From an uncultured bacterium (GTDB taxonomy: Bacteria > Krumholzibacteriota > Krumholzibacteriia > LZORAL124-64-63), in assembly GCA_963727525.1 (NCBI GenBank), contig CAVSGO010000007.1, forward strand, positions 512,001-576,000: a stretch of DNA of 64,000 nucleotides, in the 5' to 3' direction. Of this stretch, positions 39,058 to 49,113 are shown piece after piece; position 1 is the stretch's first letter; each line of letters begins with the position of its first letter. A program made the translations under genes and the position numbers. The notes below the pieces were generated by a model. It searched no databases. It was not told the origin of the DNA and saw only the letters and a list, made by a program, of their open reading frames with translations.

Positions 39058-39833
39058 CGAGCCATCGCCGCGCCCTGCTGGGCGCGTGCGTCGTGGCAGG
39101 CCTCACGGTGACCGCAGGCGCCGGCGGGATTCGCGATCTTGCCGATGCCTGGCTCGTGCCGCCATCCGTGCTCGCGCAGGCCTGGGAGCCTGGCGCCGGG
39201 GCGCCGGCCCGGTGGCGCGTCGAGGTCGCGACGGGGCGCCTGCATGGTCTCGCCGAACTCCCGCAGTCCGGCATCGCCGTGTCTCGGCGCCAGGCGACCT
39301 GGTCCTGGCATGCGGGCTGGGAGCGCCTTGGCGGAACCCTGCTCGAAGAAGATGCCGTACGCCTCGCCGTGATGCTGGGCCGAGGCGAGGCACTGGGCGT
39401 GGAGGCCGGCTGGGACCGCCTGCGGACCGAAGGCGGCGCGACGATGCGGCAGCCCGCGCTGGCGGTGCGCGTGGGGGGCGATCTCGTTGCTGGTCTGCAC
39501 GGCGAGATTTGGCTGCATCTGCGCCGCGCACCCGCATGGTTCGGTGCGACGGGGCTGCGGCGCTGGGCGCGCGTGACCTGGAGCGACGCTGGCTGGGCGG
39601 CCGCGGCGGTTCTCGACCGCGCCGGCGATGGGCGGCCGGAAGTGCAGGTCGAGGCGATACTCGCCGTCGCGCCCGGGGCCGCCCTCGGGCTGCGTCTCGC
39701 GCCCGCAACCGGGTGCCTCGGTCTCTGCACGGCGTGGCGCCGCGGCGCGCTCGTACTGAGGACGGCGCATCTCGTGCATCCCGAGCTGGGTACGACGCAC
39801 CGCGTAGCGCTGGCCGTGGAGGTCGGCCGATGA
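39054..39833 (+). CDS. Hypothetical protein, probable small outer-membrane beta-barrel
   Basis: ATGA overlap, signal-like N-terminus, alternating amphipathic strands, GRLHGLAEL and terminal HPELGTTHRVALAVEV. Confidence 0.55.
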   Translation: MTSHRRALLGACVVAGLTVTAGAGGIRDLADAWLVPPSVLAQAWEPGAGAPARWRVEVATGRLHGLAELPQSGIAVSRRQATWSWHAGWERLGGTLLEEDAVRLAVMLGRGEALGVEAGWDRLRTEGGATMRQPALAVRVGGDLVAGLHGEIWLHLRRAPAWFGATGLRRWARVTWSDAGWAAAAVLDRAGDGRPEVQVEAILAVAPGAALGLRLAPATGCLGLCTAWRRGALVLRTAHLVHPELGTTHRVALAVEVGR

Positions 39834-41427
39834 TGGCGGCGCGGTGGACGTTGACGCTCGTCGTCCTCTCTCTCGTCGCGGCCGCGTCCGCGCGGGCACT
39901 ACCGGCCGATCCGTCTGCCGACGTCCCGTGGCTCGACCCCGAGGAGGCGGCTGCGATGCTGGAGGAACTCGTGGACGGAGGGCTCGTCCCCACGCGACTC
40001 GATCTCGAGGCGCTCGGCCTGGACGAGACGCACGACGCGACAGCATCCATCGCGTCGGCCGCGGAGAGCGCCCGGACCGGGCTCGCGCAGTGGGAGACCA
40101 CGCGGCGCGAGAGCGGCGCCTTGCAGGCCTCTCTGCGCCTTGATCGCGTGCTGGGCGCCGCGTCGATCCACCTGCGTGCGCGCCGCACGGGCGGGGCGCC
40201 GACGACCGTCGGCGGCAGCGTTCGTTACCGCGATGGCGGCTGGACGCTGGCGGCCGGCGGTGTGGCCCTGGCGCACGGGTACGGCATGCTGAGCTCAGCG
40301 CCGGGCCGCCGGCGCAGTGCCACGGCGCAGACCTCGCTCATGGCATCACCCCGCGGCGTACGCACGTGGAGCAGCGCGGCGGCCACAACGGGGCTGCTCG
40401 GCGTCGCGGTGGCCGCCGATCGGGGGCCGCTGGGTGTCGTGGTCCTGGCGGCGCGTCCTGTGGGTGGAGATCCGCAGCCCGTCCGCGCGGTGGGGGTGAC
40501 GGTGGCATTCCCTGCGCTGGAACTCGCCTGCCTCGCCGTGTCCGCTGGCTTGCAACGTGGAGGAAGCCTCGATATGCGCTGGGAGGCGGGCGTGGGACGA
40601 TGTCAGGTCGAAGCCGCCGCGTGGCGGTCGCCTGCGGCCGGCGGCTGGTCGCGCGCCGTGGTCGGGACGGCTGGCGTGCAGACGCGTACGAGCCGACTCG
40701 AGATCCAGGCCGGAACGGCGGTCGCCACGGAAGCGCCAGCCCTTGGCAACCGTCCGGCGTGCCTCGCGGGCTGGGACGGCGCCGGCTGGTGTGGGCGAGC
40801 GCGGCACCGCTTCCAGGCCGTGACGGCCGCGATCCTGGTCACTGGCAGCACGCACGCGCCGACGCAGACGACGGCCCGGGATCGGGAGAACCGGCGCGGG
40901 CTCGAGGTCGCGGCCAGCGGCAAGTGGGGGCCCCAGCGCACCTGGGAATTGCGCTGGCGGCGCACGGCGTGGTGGCGCCGGGCGCACGACGATACGGCGC
41001 CCTGGCTGGGGCCTGCCGAGACCGGGAGCGATGCCACCGAGCAACTCGTCACCGAGGCTGGTGCACCCCTCGGCGTGGGGCGGATCACCGGCACGTTGCG
41101 CACCCTCGTCAGACCGGTGGGCACATCGACGGGGCGACGCACCCTTGCCACCATGACGTGGCGTGTGGATCGCCGGGCCATCCGTTGGTCCGTCGGCGGC
41201 GGCTGGGCGTGGGGAGATCCGCTGGCCATGACGACCGCGATCGTGCCGGTGTCCGGTCTCGTGGTGCCTCACGCCTGGGGTGCCTGGGCGAGCGGGGTCA
41301 CGGTGGGATGCGAGGGGCGTCGCGGCGCTCTGCGCTGGCAACTCGCCGCGGCCCGCTGGGACGCCGTGGATTCGGGGCGGACCCGGGCCGTTGGCAGCTC
41401 TGGTGCCGCCTGCGCACGGGCTGGTGA
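39830..41427 (+). pseudogene. Probable large outer-membrane beta-barrel gene carrying an apparent 1-nt deletion near 41374-41377
   Basis: Signal peptide and amphipathic strands. As given, the frame runs on to 41734, overlapping the next gene by more than 200 nt. Adding one G to GGGG gives ..DSGADPGRWQLWCRLRTGW* ending at 41427. Confidence 0.55.
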
Positions 41428-41433
41428 CGCTGC

Positions 41434-41460
41434 TCAATCTCTGGCGCTGCCGGCCGATCA
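41434..41460 (+). promoter_or_regulatory. Candidate sigma28 (FliA/WhiG-type) promoter
   Basis: TCAA-15 nt-GCCGATCA versus consensus TAAA-N15-GCCGATAA, 50 nt upstream of ATG 41511. Confidence 0.5.
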
Positions 41461-41510
41461 TCCGGGGAGACGGCCGAAGCGGTGGACTCCAACCCCCATG
41501 CGATCAGACC

Positions 41511-43166
41511 ATGATCATTGCGACCGACATCCATCCTCTGCTCGCCGGCTGCCCGACGTCGCCGGAATCGGGGCATCCAGAGACGTTGCGCGACGAGCTG
41601 ACCGAGCTGGCGGCCGTGTACGACACCCTGTCGGTACGTTCGCGCATTCTCTTCGAGCAGCTCCGGAAGATGCTGGGACAGGAGAGGTTGCAGGAATGTC
41701 TGCTCGGGGTGCAGTCGCTCGCTGTCGCCGGTGAGCCGGCCGGCGCGCGCTTGCTCGCCGCATTCGTCGACGCCAACACGCCTGGTTCCCAGCTCGTGCC
41801 GCGGATCCAGCCCTTCGCGTCCACGGGACGGCTGCTCGCGCACCTGCGTCGCGGTGCTCCCGCGGCCGCCGGCAGCGAGCTGGCAGACTGGCAAGATCGC
41901 GCGCAAGCGGTAGTCGCCGCCTGTGCGCCGTACCAGACGCAGCGCCCCGGAGCCGGCGCAGGCCGTCTCCGCGCACGTGACGTGGAGCCGCTGCCGCGAT
42001 TGCGCCACGCCATGCAGGCTCTCGTGCCGCGCGAACGCTCGGCCGTGAACCCGGACAATCTGGGCTTGCTCGCGGAACTCGTGCGCCTGGAGGCCGACGC
42101 GTATCAGGAGCGCGTGAGTCAGCTCGCAGGATCGATCGATCCCTTCCGCGTCACGATCGTCGTGCGGGCCTTGCCGCTGCTGGGTCGGGCCGACGCCGAG
42201 ATCCGCGATCTCGGCCAGCTCGTGGCCTGGCTAGAGGCGGGAAACGTCGACGCCGCGTTCCGTCAGCGCGTGCCGCGTTTCCACGAGGTGCTCGACGGTC
42301 CCGAGCGGCCGCGTCTGACCGCGGCCTTGCACGCCGATCCGCGCCTCGCGCCCCTGGCCGCGGTGCACGACGCGCAGCGAGCAAATCCGCTCGCGATCCG
42401 TCAGCTCGCGGGTCCGGTGGCGCAGCTACTCGCGGTTGGACGGCAACTCGCGCACGCGGGCGTGCGCCGCCTCGACCTCGATCTCGTCAACGCTACCGCC
42501 ATCGCCCTCGCGCATTGCCCGGGTGGTCGTCTACGCCTGCCCTTGACGCCGGAACTCCAGTCATCGGTGGGCGCGATCCTCGTGGCACCGTCGTCGTGCG
42601 ATCCCTGGTCGGCGCCGCTGGTCGGAGGGCTGGCGCTCGAGAATGGCTATCTGATCGCGCGCGAGTCGCGTCAGGGGCTGAGCGATCGTATCTGGCGCCA
42701 CGACCTGCCCACCCCCGCCGAGCTCGCGACGAGCCAGGACCCGCTGGCAATCATCGTCGTGCCGGAGACGATCCCGGAGGACGAGGTGGTGGATCAGTCG
42801 ACGTTCGCCGTGAAGCAGATGGTGCTGGCCAATCTCGGGTGCGTGAGCATCGTGCTCGGCTTCCTGCGCAATCCCAAGGTGACGGCGATCCCCGGCCTGG
42901 TGGGCGAGATCGCGCGCCGGTCGCGGAGCGCGCGGGTGATCGAGGTCATCGCCACGGATCGCACGCTCCATGATGGCTTCGCCAACAAGGACGTGCCGCG
43001 CGCCTTGCTCGAGACTCCGGTGAACGTCTCGGTGAAGGCGCTGCGCAAGTTCGTGCACGTGAAGTACGTGTCGAAGACCGACCTCAAGCGCATGGCCGCC
43101 GACAAGGCGCGCCTTCGCAAAGACGTCATCTCCGAGATCAAGCACTACCTCGACTCGCTCGTCTGA
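41511..43166 (+). CDS. Hypothetical alpha-helical protein with a conserved-looking basic C-terminal domain
   Basis: 551-codon ORF with coding-like codon use. C-terminus LGFLRNPKV..IEVIATDR..VPRALLETP..TDLKRMAADK. The start is uncertain. Confidence 0.7.
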   Translation: MIIATDIHPLLAGCPTSPESGHPETLRDELTELAAVYDTLSVRSRILFEQLRKMLGQERLQECLLGVQSLAVAGEPAGARLLAAFVDANTPGSQLVPRIQPFASTGRLLAHLRRGAPAAAGSELADWQDRAQAVVAACAPYQTQRPGAGAGRLRARDVEPLPRLRHAMQALVPRERSAVNPDNLGLLAELVRLEADAYQERVSQLAGSIDPFRVTIVVRALPLLGRADAEIRDLGQLVAWLEAGNVDAAFRQRVPRFHEVLDGPERPRLTAALHADPRLAPLAAVHDAQRANPLAIRQLAGPVAQLLAVGRQLAHAGVRRLDLDLVNATAIALAHCPGGRLRLPLTPELQSSVGAILVAPSSCDPWSAPLVGGLALENGYLIARESRQGLSDRIWRHDLPTPAELATSQDPLAIIVVPETIPEDEVVDQSTFAVKQMVLANLGCVSIVLGFLRNPKVTAIPGLVGEIARRSRSARVIEVIATDRTLHDGFANKDVPRALLETPVNVSVKALRKFVHVKYVSKTDLKRMAADKARLRKDVISEIKHYLDSLV

Positions 43167-43285
43167 TGTCTCTAACATCCTGTCCGGTAACGAGATCTCG
43201 CAAACAGCGCTCTTGACTTGCACCCGCGTCGGCGTTTTCTTTGGCGTTTCCTCGCGGAGGCAGGGCTGCGGCCCAGGAGGGACGG

Positions 43286-44263
43286 ATGCGCCAGCCCGAT
43301 AGGCCCGGACATCGACGCTTCGTCATTGCCCTCGGCGGCAACGCCATCCTGCCTGCCGGCACGCGTGGCACGTACGAGGAGCAGGCGGGGGTCACGCGGC
43401 AGACAATGGACCAGGTCGCGCAGCTCGTGACGGCAGGCCACGAGATCGTGCTGACCCACGGCAACGGCCCGGTGGTCGGCAATATCGTGCTGCGGGGCGA
43501 CGCGGGCGAGCAGGTCCACGGCATCCCCGCCATGCCGATGTTCGTGTGTGGAGCCGAGAGCGAGGGCGGACTCGGGTTCCTGATCCAGCAGGCGCTGCAC
43601 AATGCACTGCGCGCCGCCGGTGTCGATCGGGCCGTGGCCACGGTGGTCACGCAGGTCACCGTCGACCCGCAGGATCCCGCTTTCGCGAAACCCGCCAAGC
43701 CGATCGGTCCGTTCTACAGCGAGGAACAGGCGCGCGTGCTCGCACGCGAGAACGGCTGGACCGTCGTGCAAGATTCCGGGCGAGGCTGGCGTCGCGTCGT
43801 GCCGAGTCCCCGGCCGCGCGAGGTCGTCGAGTGGCGGGCGATCAAGGCTCTGCTCGACGCGGGGATCGTCACGGTGGCCGTGGGCGGCGGCGGCATTCCC
43901 GTCGTCCAGGCGCGCGACGGCAGCCTCAGCGGCGTCGATGCCGTGATCGACAAGGACCGCGCGAGCGAGTTGCTCGGCAGACTCGTGGGCGCGGATACCC
44001 TGCTGATCATCACGCAGATCGACAAGGTGTACTTGCGTTACGGTCAGGCCGACGCCGAACCGGTCGATGTGCTGCCGGCCGCCCGCGCGGCGCGCTTGCT
44101 CGCCGCGGGGGAATTCCCGCCGGGGAGCATGGGGCCCAAGATCGAGGCTGCGCTCGGTTTCCTCGCGCACGGCGGGCACGAGGTGATCATCACCGATCCC
44201 GACTCCATCCTCGACGCAGTTGCCGGCCGGGCAGGTACCCGGATCTTGCCGGATCTCGCCTAA
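43286..44263 (+). CDS. arcC: Carbamate kinase
   Basis: VIALGGNAI, THGNGPVVG, DPAFAKPAKPIGPFY, GWRRVVPSP, GGGGIPV, AVIDKD, GSMGPKIEAA. AGGAGG SD. Confidence 0.96.
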   Translation: MRQPDRPGHRRFVIALGGNAILPAGTRGTYEEQAGVTRQTMDQVAQLVTAGHEIVLTHGNGPVVGNIVLRGDAGEQVHGIPAMPMFVCGAESEGGLGFLIQQALHNALRAAGVDRAVATVVTQVTVDPQDPAFAKPAKPIGPFYSEEQARVLARENGWTVVQDSGRGWRRVVPSPRPREVVEWRAIKALLDAGIVTVAVGGGGIPVVQARDGSLSGVDAVIDKDRASELLGRLVGADTLLIITQIDKVYLRYGQADAEPVDVLPAARAARLLAAGEFPPGSMGPKIEAALGFLAHGGHEVIITDPDSILDAVAGRAGTRILPDLA

Positions 44264-44366
44264 GTCCCTGCCGGACAGCAGGTCAACCCGGTCGAGCGCG
44301 CACGGGTTTTTGGGTGTGCGCGGCCGCCCGCCTGCGGTACATTGGTCAGGACAAGGAGGACGACCC

Positions 44367-45674
44367 ATGGCACGCAAGGTTCTGGTCATCGGCAGCGGGG
44401 GACGCGAACACGCGCTCCTGCGGCAACTCGCGGCTTCGCCGCGCAACCCTGAGCTCTTCGCGGCGCCGGGCAATCCCGGTACGTCGACCCTCGCCACGAA
44501 CCTCGCCATCGCACCCTCCGATCACGACACCATCGAACGCGCGTGTGCGGACCACGGCATCGATCTCGTGATCATCGGACCCGAGGACCCGCTCATCGCA
44601 GGCCTCGCCGACCAGTTGCGCCGTGCGGGCATCGACGTCTTCGGCCCCGGCCGGCTCGGCGCTCGGCTCGAAGGCGACAAGGAGTTCGCCAAGGAGCTCA
44701 TGGCGTCGGCGGGCGTGCCCACGGCGCGCTTTCACGCATTCAGCAACCTCGAGACGGCGCTGGCGCATCTGGAGACGGCGACGATGCCGGTGGTCGTGAA
44801 GGCCTGTGGTGCCGCCCAGGGCAAAGGGGTCGCCGTCTGCGACTCGCGTGCGGAAGCGGCCGCGCACATCCGCCTCTGTCTGGAGACCCAGCAGTTCGGC
44901 GATGCGGGGCTGCGGGTGCTGCTCGAGGAATGTCTCTTCGGTCCGGAGCTCTCGCTGCTCATCGTCACCGACGGCCAGGACTACGCGCTGCTGGCGCCCA
45001 GCCGCGATCACAAGCGCGTGGGCGAGGGGGGCAGCGGACCCAACACCGGTGGCATGGGGGCGTTTGCACCGGTGCCCCTGGACGAGGCGACCTGCCTGGC
45101 GATCGACGCGAACATCGTGACGCCCACGCTCGCGGAGCTGCGTCGTCGCGATATCCCGTATCGCGGTGTGCTGTACGCCGGCCTCATGCTCACGTCCGAT
45201 GGACCGCGCGTCCTCGAATTCAACTGCCGCTTCGGCGACCCCGAGGCGCAGGTTGTGCTGCCGCTCATCCAGGGGGATTTTCTCGAGCTTGCCCACGCCA
45301 CCGCGCGCGGTGCCCTCGGCGACTTCCTCCAGGGGTTGCCTGATGCCGAGGCGTCCGGCCCGAGCGTCTGGCCGGGACACGGCCTCACCGACTGGGGTCG
45401 ACACTGCGTCGTCGTCGTGGGTGCGAGCAAGGGCTACCCGGGACGGTACGCCAAGGGCGCGCCCCTCGCGCTGCCGGACGACGCACCTGATCGCTGGCTC
45501 ATCCAGGCCGGTACCGCCATCCGCGACGGCGAGCTGGTGACGGCCGGGGGCCGTGTGCTTGGCGCGGTGGCCGAGGCGCACAGCCTGGCCACGGCGCGGC
45601 GCGCCGCCTACGCGTGCATCGACGGGGTCCGCTGCGACCAGATTTTCTTCCGACGCGATATCGCGCAAGCCTGA
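44367..45674 (+). CDS. purD: Phosphoribosylamine--glycine ligase
   Basis: VLVIGSGGREHAL, APGNPG, GPEDPL, DHKR, GPNTGGMGAF, EFNCRFGDPEAQ, TAGGRVL. AAGGAGG SD. Confidence 0.97.
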   Translation: MARKVLVIGSGGREHALLRQLAASPRNPELFAAPGNPGTSTLATNLAIAPSDHDTIERACADHGIDLVIIGPEDPLIAGLADQLRRAGIDVFGPGRLGARLEGDKEFAKELMASAGVPTARFHAFSNLETALAHLETATMPVVVKACGAAQGKGVAVCDSRAEAAAHIRLCLETQQFGDAGLRVLLEECLFGPELSLLIVTDGQDYALLAPSRDHKRVGEGGSGPNTGGMGAFAPVPLDEATCLAIDANIVTPTLAELRRRDIPYRGVLYAGLMLTSDGPRVLEFNCRFGDPEAQVVLPLIQGDFLELAHATARGALGDFLQGLPDAEASGPSVWPGHGLTDWGRHCVVVVGASKGYPGRYAKGAPLALPDDAPDRWLIQAGTAIRDGELVTAGGRVLGAVAEAHSLATARRAAYACIDGVRCDQIFFRRDIAQA

Positions 45675-45692
45675 GAGAAAGAAGCGGAATCG

Positions 45693-46187
45693 ATGACCGC
45701 GCCGAACCTGAATACATCCGCCCAGCCCCGTATCCTCGTGGTGCTGGGCAGTGCCTCGGACCTGCCCGTGGTCGAGGGCATGGCTCCGCTATGCGAACGC
45801 CTCGGCTTGAATTACCGCGTGGAGGTGGCGTCGGCCCACCGCCAGCCCGAGCGTCTGCGCGAGCTGATCGCCGCCGCCGAGGCGGGCGGCACCGAGATTT
45901 TCGTCGCCGTGGCCGGCATGGCCGCGCACCTGCCGGGCGTGATCGCGTCGCTCACCGGCAAGCCCGTCATCGGCGTGCCCGTGGCCGGTGGCGCGCTCGG
46001 TGGCATGGACGCGCTGCTGTCGATCGTGCAGATGCCGCCGGGCGTGCCGGTGGCCGCGGTGGCCATCGGCAGCGCCGGTGCGAAGAACGCCGTCGTGCTG
46101 GCGGCGCGCATCCTCGCCCTCAAGGACGCCGATGTGGCGGTGCGCCTGGATACCTACCGCGGCGAGCTGGCAGAAGGGAAGAAGTGA
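45693..46187 (+). CDS. purE: N5-CAIR mutase PurE
   Basis: GSASD, SAHRQP, AGMAAHLPGVIA, PVIGVP, DALLSIVQMPPGVPVA. Confidence 0.97.
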   Translation: MTAPNLNTSAQPRILVVLGSASDLPVVEGMAPLCERLGLNYRVEVASAHRQPERLRELIAAAEAGGTEIFVAVAGMAAHLPGVIASLTGKPVIGVPVAGGALGGMDALLSIVQMPPGVPVAAVAIGSAGAKNAVVLAARILALKDADVAVRLDTYRGELAEGKK

Positions 46188-46200
46188 AGCGAGGGGCGAC

Positions 46201-46803
46201 GTGACCGTGCACCTTCCCGACATCGCCGCTGCGGCGTCGGCCCTGGCGCGCGGCGAGGTCGTGCTCATGCCCACGGACACGCTTCCGGGGCTGCATGCGC
46301 GGGTCGATCGGCCCGGAGCGCTGGCGCTTCTCAACGCCCTCAAGGGTCGCGGTCCGGCGCGTCCCCTGCTCGTGCTCGCCTCCTCGGCCGCGCAGGCGGC
46401 GGACGTGGCGGTGCTGCCGACCGGCACGGCCGCGGCCCTGGTCGCGCGCTGCTGGCCGGGCCCGTTCTCGTTCATCCTGCAGGCGCGGGATACGGTCGAC
46501 GCCCTGGTGACGGCCGGCACGGACACCGTCGCCGTGCGTGTGCCCGGTGTTGCCTGGCTGCGCGAACTGGTGGAGCAGGCCGGACGCCCCGTGGCCTCGA
46601 CCAGTGTGAACCGTAGCGGCGAGACGCCAGCCATCGATCTGGACGGGGCGTGCGCGTTCGCGCCGGATGTGGCTGTCTTCCGGGGACCGCGGCAGCCATC
46701 GGCGCCGGATCGGGCGTCGGCCGTGGTGGACCTCTTGGTCTGGCCACCGCGCGTGCTGCGCGATGGTCCGGTCGCCCTGCCCGACGTCGAATCGCTTGCG
46801 TAG
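46201..46803 (+). CDS. tsaC: L-threonylcarbamoyladenylate synthase (YrdC/TsaC, single domain)
   Basis: MPTDTLPGL, LKGR..PL, WPGPFS, VAVRVP, STSVNRSG, SAVVDL, LRDG. Confidence 0.88.
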   Translation: MTVHLPDIAAAASALARGEVVLMPTDTLPGLHARVDRPGALALLNALKGRGPARPLLVLASSAAQAADVAVLPTGTAAALVARCWPGPFSFILQARDTVDALVTAGTDTVAVRVPGVAWLRELVEQAGRPVASTSVNRSGETPAIDLDGACAFAPDVAVFRGPRQPSAPDRASAVVDLLVWPPRVLRDGPVALPDVESLA

Positions 46804-46838
46804 CGTCCATGCTGACAGGCCATTACGCCGCCGCCGCC

Positions 46839-46867
46839 TTGACTGGGTCCAGGACGGGGTCTAATCT
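46839..46867 (+). promoter_or_regulatory. Candidate sigma70 promoter of the phosphatase-rpiB-glyA-nrdR unit
   Basis: TTGACT-17 nt-TAATCT. Confidence 0.65.
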
Positions 46868-46890
46868 TTGCCGCAAAGGGAGCCCCGGGC

Positions 46891-47391
46891 GTGAACCAGC
46901 GAACCATCGTGTTTATCTGCAGCGGGAACACCTGCCGCAGCCCCCTTGTCCAGGCCCTCGCGGCGCGCCGCTGGGGTAACCGCGCCGTGGTTCTCTCGGC
47001 GGGCTTGCAGGCGACGACGGGCCAGCCGGCGAGCGAGGGTGCCCTGGCCGTGGCGGCCGAGCGTGGTGCGGACCTCGCGGACCATCGCTCGCAACCCGTG
47101 AACGTGGCGCTGCTCGCGAAGGCCGACTGGATCATCGGCATGACGCGCGCCCATGTCGCCATGTTGAAGGCGCGCTACGGGGGCGCGATCGCCGGGAGCG
47201 TGGGGCTGCTCGGCGCGCCGGGCCAGGATCTGTGCGCCATCGCGGCGACGCCCGCGGTCGAGGAACTGCGCGATCCCTTCGGGGGTCCGCTCGATACGTA
47301 TCGCGGTATCGCGGACCAGGTCGAGCGTTTGCTCGCTGCCTGGGATCCCATCGTGACGCCGGACGACCCCAACGGGAGGGGAGATGCATGA
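46891..47391 (+). CDS. Low-molecular-weight protein phosphatase, YwlE (phosphoarginine phosphatase)-like
   Basis: P-loop FICSGNTCRSP, SAGL, HRSQP, RDPFGG. Lies between tsaC and rpiB. Confidence 0.88.
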   Translation: MNQRTIVFICSGNTCRSPLVQALAARRWGNRAVVLSAGLQATTGQPASEGALAVAAERGADLADHRSQPVNVALLAKADWIIGMTRAHVAMLKARYGGAIAGSVGLLGAPGQDLCAIAATPAVEELRDPFGGPLDTYRGIADQVERLLAAWDPIVTPDDPNGRGDA

Positions 47392-47858
47392 CGATCGCCA
47401 TCGGTTCGGATCACCGCGGTTACCTGCACAAGACGCGCCTGATCGCGGAGCTCGCCGCGCGCGGCCACACCGTGCGCGACTGCGGTTGCGCCGGCCTCGA
47501 ATCGGCAGATTATCCCGATGCCGCTTTCGCTGTCGCCACGCTCGTGGCCGAGGGCGACGCCGGCGCGGGCATCCTCATCTGCGGCTCGGGCATCGGCATG
47601 AGCATTGCCGCCAACAAGGTGGCCGGCGTGCGCGCCTCGCTGTGCTGCGACGAGGAGGCGGCCCGCACCACGCGCGAGCACAACGATAGCAACATCCTCT
47701 GCCTAGGCGGCGACCGCACGTCGGTCGACGACTCCGTACGCTTCGCGAACGCCTATCTGGGCGCCAGCTTCGCCGGCGGTCGCCATGCGCGCCGTGTGAC
47801 CAAGATCACGACCTGGGAATCCGAGCACGCTCCCGAGAGAGGGGATCGCCATGTATGA
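47388..47858 (+). CDS. rpiB: Ribose 5-phosphate isomerase B
   Basis: [45 protein letters not shown]. Confidence 0.96.
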   Translation: MTIAIGSDHRGYLHKTRLIAELAARGHTVRDCGCAGLESADYPDAAFAVATLVAEGDAGAGILICGSGIGMSIAANKVAGVRASLCCDEEAARTTREHNDSNILCLGGDRTSVDDSVRFANAYLGASFAGGRHARRVTKITTWESEHAPERGDRHV

Positions 47859-49095
47859 TGCCGTCCGCGAGACCGACCCCGAGCTCGCCACCATCCTGCA
47901 GTCCGAACTGGTGCGGCAGCGTGGTCAGCTCGAGATGATCGCCAGCGAGAACTTCACGAGCCGCGCCGTGCTCGAGGCGGTCGGCAGCGTGCTGACGAAC
48001 AAGTACGCGGAGGGCTATCCCAACAAGCGCTACTATGGTGGTTGCGTGCACGTCGACGAGGCGGAGACGCTGGCCAAGAAGCGCGCCTGTGAGCTCTTCG
48101 GCGCCGAGCGCGCCAACGTGCAGCCGCACAGCGGTTCCACGGCGAACCTGACGGCGTACCTTGCCTTCTGCAAACCGGGCGACAAGATCCTCGGTCTCAG
48201 CCTCAGCCATGGGGGCCATCTCACGCACGGCCACCCCGTGAACTTCTCCGGCCTCATCTTCGAGGCGCTGCACTACGAGGTGGCCCGCGATACGGAGCTG
48301 ATCGACTACGACGCGATGCGCGACATCGCGTTGCGGGAACGTCCGAGCCTCATCGTCGGCGGTGCCAGCGCGTATCCGCGCACGTGGGATTACGCGGCGA
48401 TGCGGCAGATCGCCGACGAGGCGGGAGCCGTATTCATCTTCGACATGGCCCATATCGCCGGCCTGGTGGCCGGCAAGGTGCATCCGAGCCCGGTGCCGCA
48501 CGCCGACGTCGTCACCTCCACGACGCACAAGACGCTGCGCGGGCCGCGCGGGGGGCTGATCCTCTGCAAGCAGGAGCGTCTGAAGGACATCAACAAGATG
48601 AACTTCCCGGGCATCCAGGGGGGGCCGTTGATGCACGTGATCGCCGGCAAGGCGGTGTGCCTGCACGAGTGCCTGCAGCCGTCCTTCGCGCAGTACGCGC
48701 AGCAAGTGGTGGACAACGCGCAGGCGCTGGCCAAGGCGCTCCTGGGCCGCGGGTTTCGCCTCGTGAGCGGCGGCACCGACAATCACCTTCTGCTCGTCAA
48801 TTGCAAGCCGAAGGGCATGACCGGCAAGGAGATGGAGGCACTGCTGGAGAATGTGGGCATCACCTGCAACAAGAACACGGTGCCGTTCGACGAGGAGAGC
48901 CCGTTCGTCACGAGCGGCATCCGGCTCGGCACCCCGGCGTTGACCACGCGCGGCATGGGTACGGTGGAGATGACGCGCATCGCCGACATCATCGACCGTG
49001 CCGTCGCGCAGCGCGCCGACGAGGCGGCGCTGGCGCGGCTACGTCACGAGAGCGAGGAACTCGCCGGCGCGTTCCCGCTCTACCCGGAGCTGTAG
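47851..49095 (+). CDS. glyA: Serine hydroxymethyltransferase
   Basis: [56 protein letters not shown]. Confidence 0.98.
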   Translation: MYDAVRETDPELATILQSELVRQRGQLEMIASENFTSRAVLEAVGSVLTNKYAEGYPNKRYYGGCVHVDEAETLAKKRACELFGAERANVQPHSGSTANLTAYLAFCKPGDKILGLSLSHGGHLTHGHPVNFSGLIFEALHYEVARDTELIDYDAMRDIALRERPSLIVGGASAYPRTWDYAAMRQIADEAGAVFIFDMAHIAGLVAGKVHPSPVPHADVVTSTTHKTLRGPRGGLILCKQERLKDINKMNFPGIQGGPLMHVIAGKAVCLHECLQPSFAQYAQQVVDNAQALAKALLGRGFRLVSGGTDNHLLLVNCKPKGMTGKEMEALLENVGITCNKNTVPFDEESPFVTSGIRLGTPALTTRGMGTVEMTRIADIIDRAVAQRADEAALARLRHESEELAGAFPLYPEL

Positions 49096-49113
49096 CGTGG
49101 CAGGAGCGCGATC

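Noticed and set aside
39002-41734. 910-aa ORF as a single protein
   Set aside because: Its 5' part overlaps two better genes and its 3' part runs into the next gene. Only 39830 to about 41375 looks coding.
43213-43245. TTGACT as arcC promoter
   Set aside because: No convincing -10 at correct spacing.
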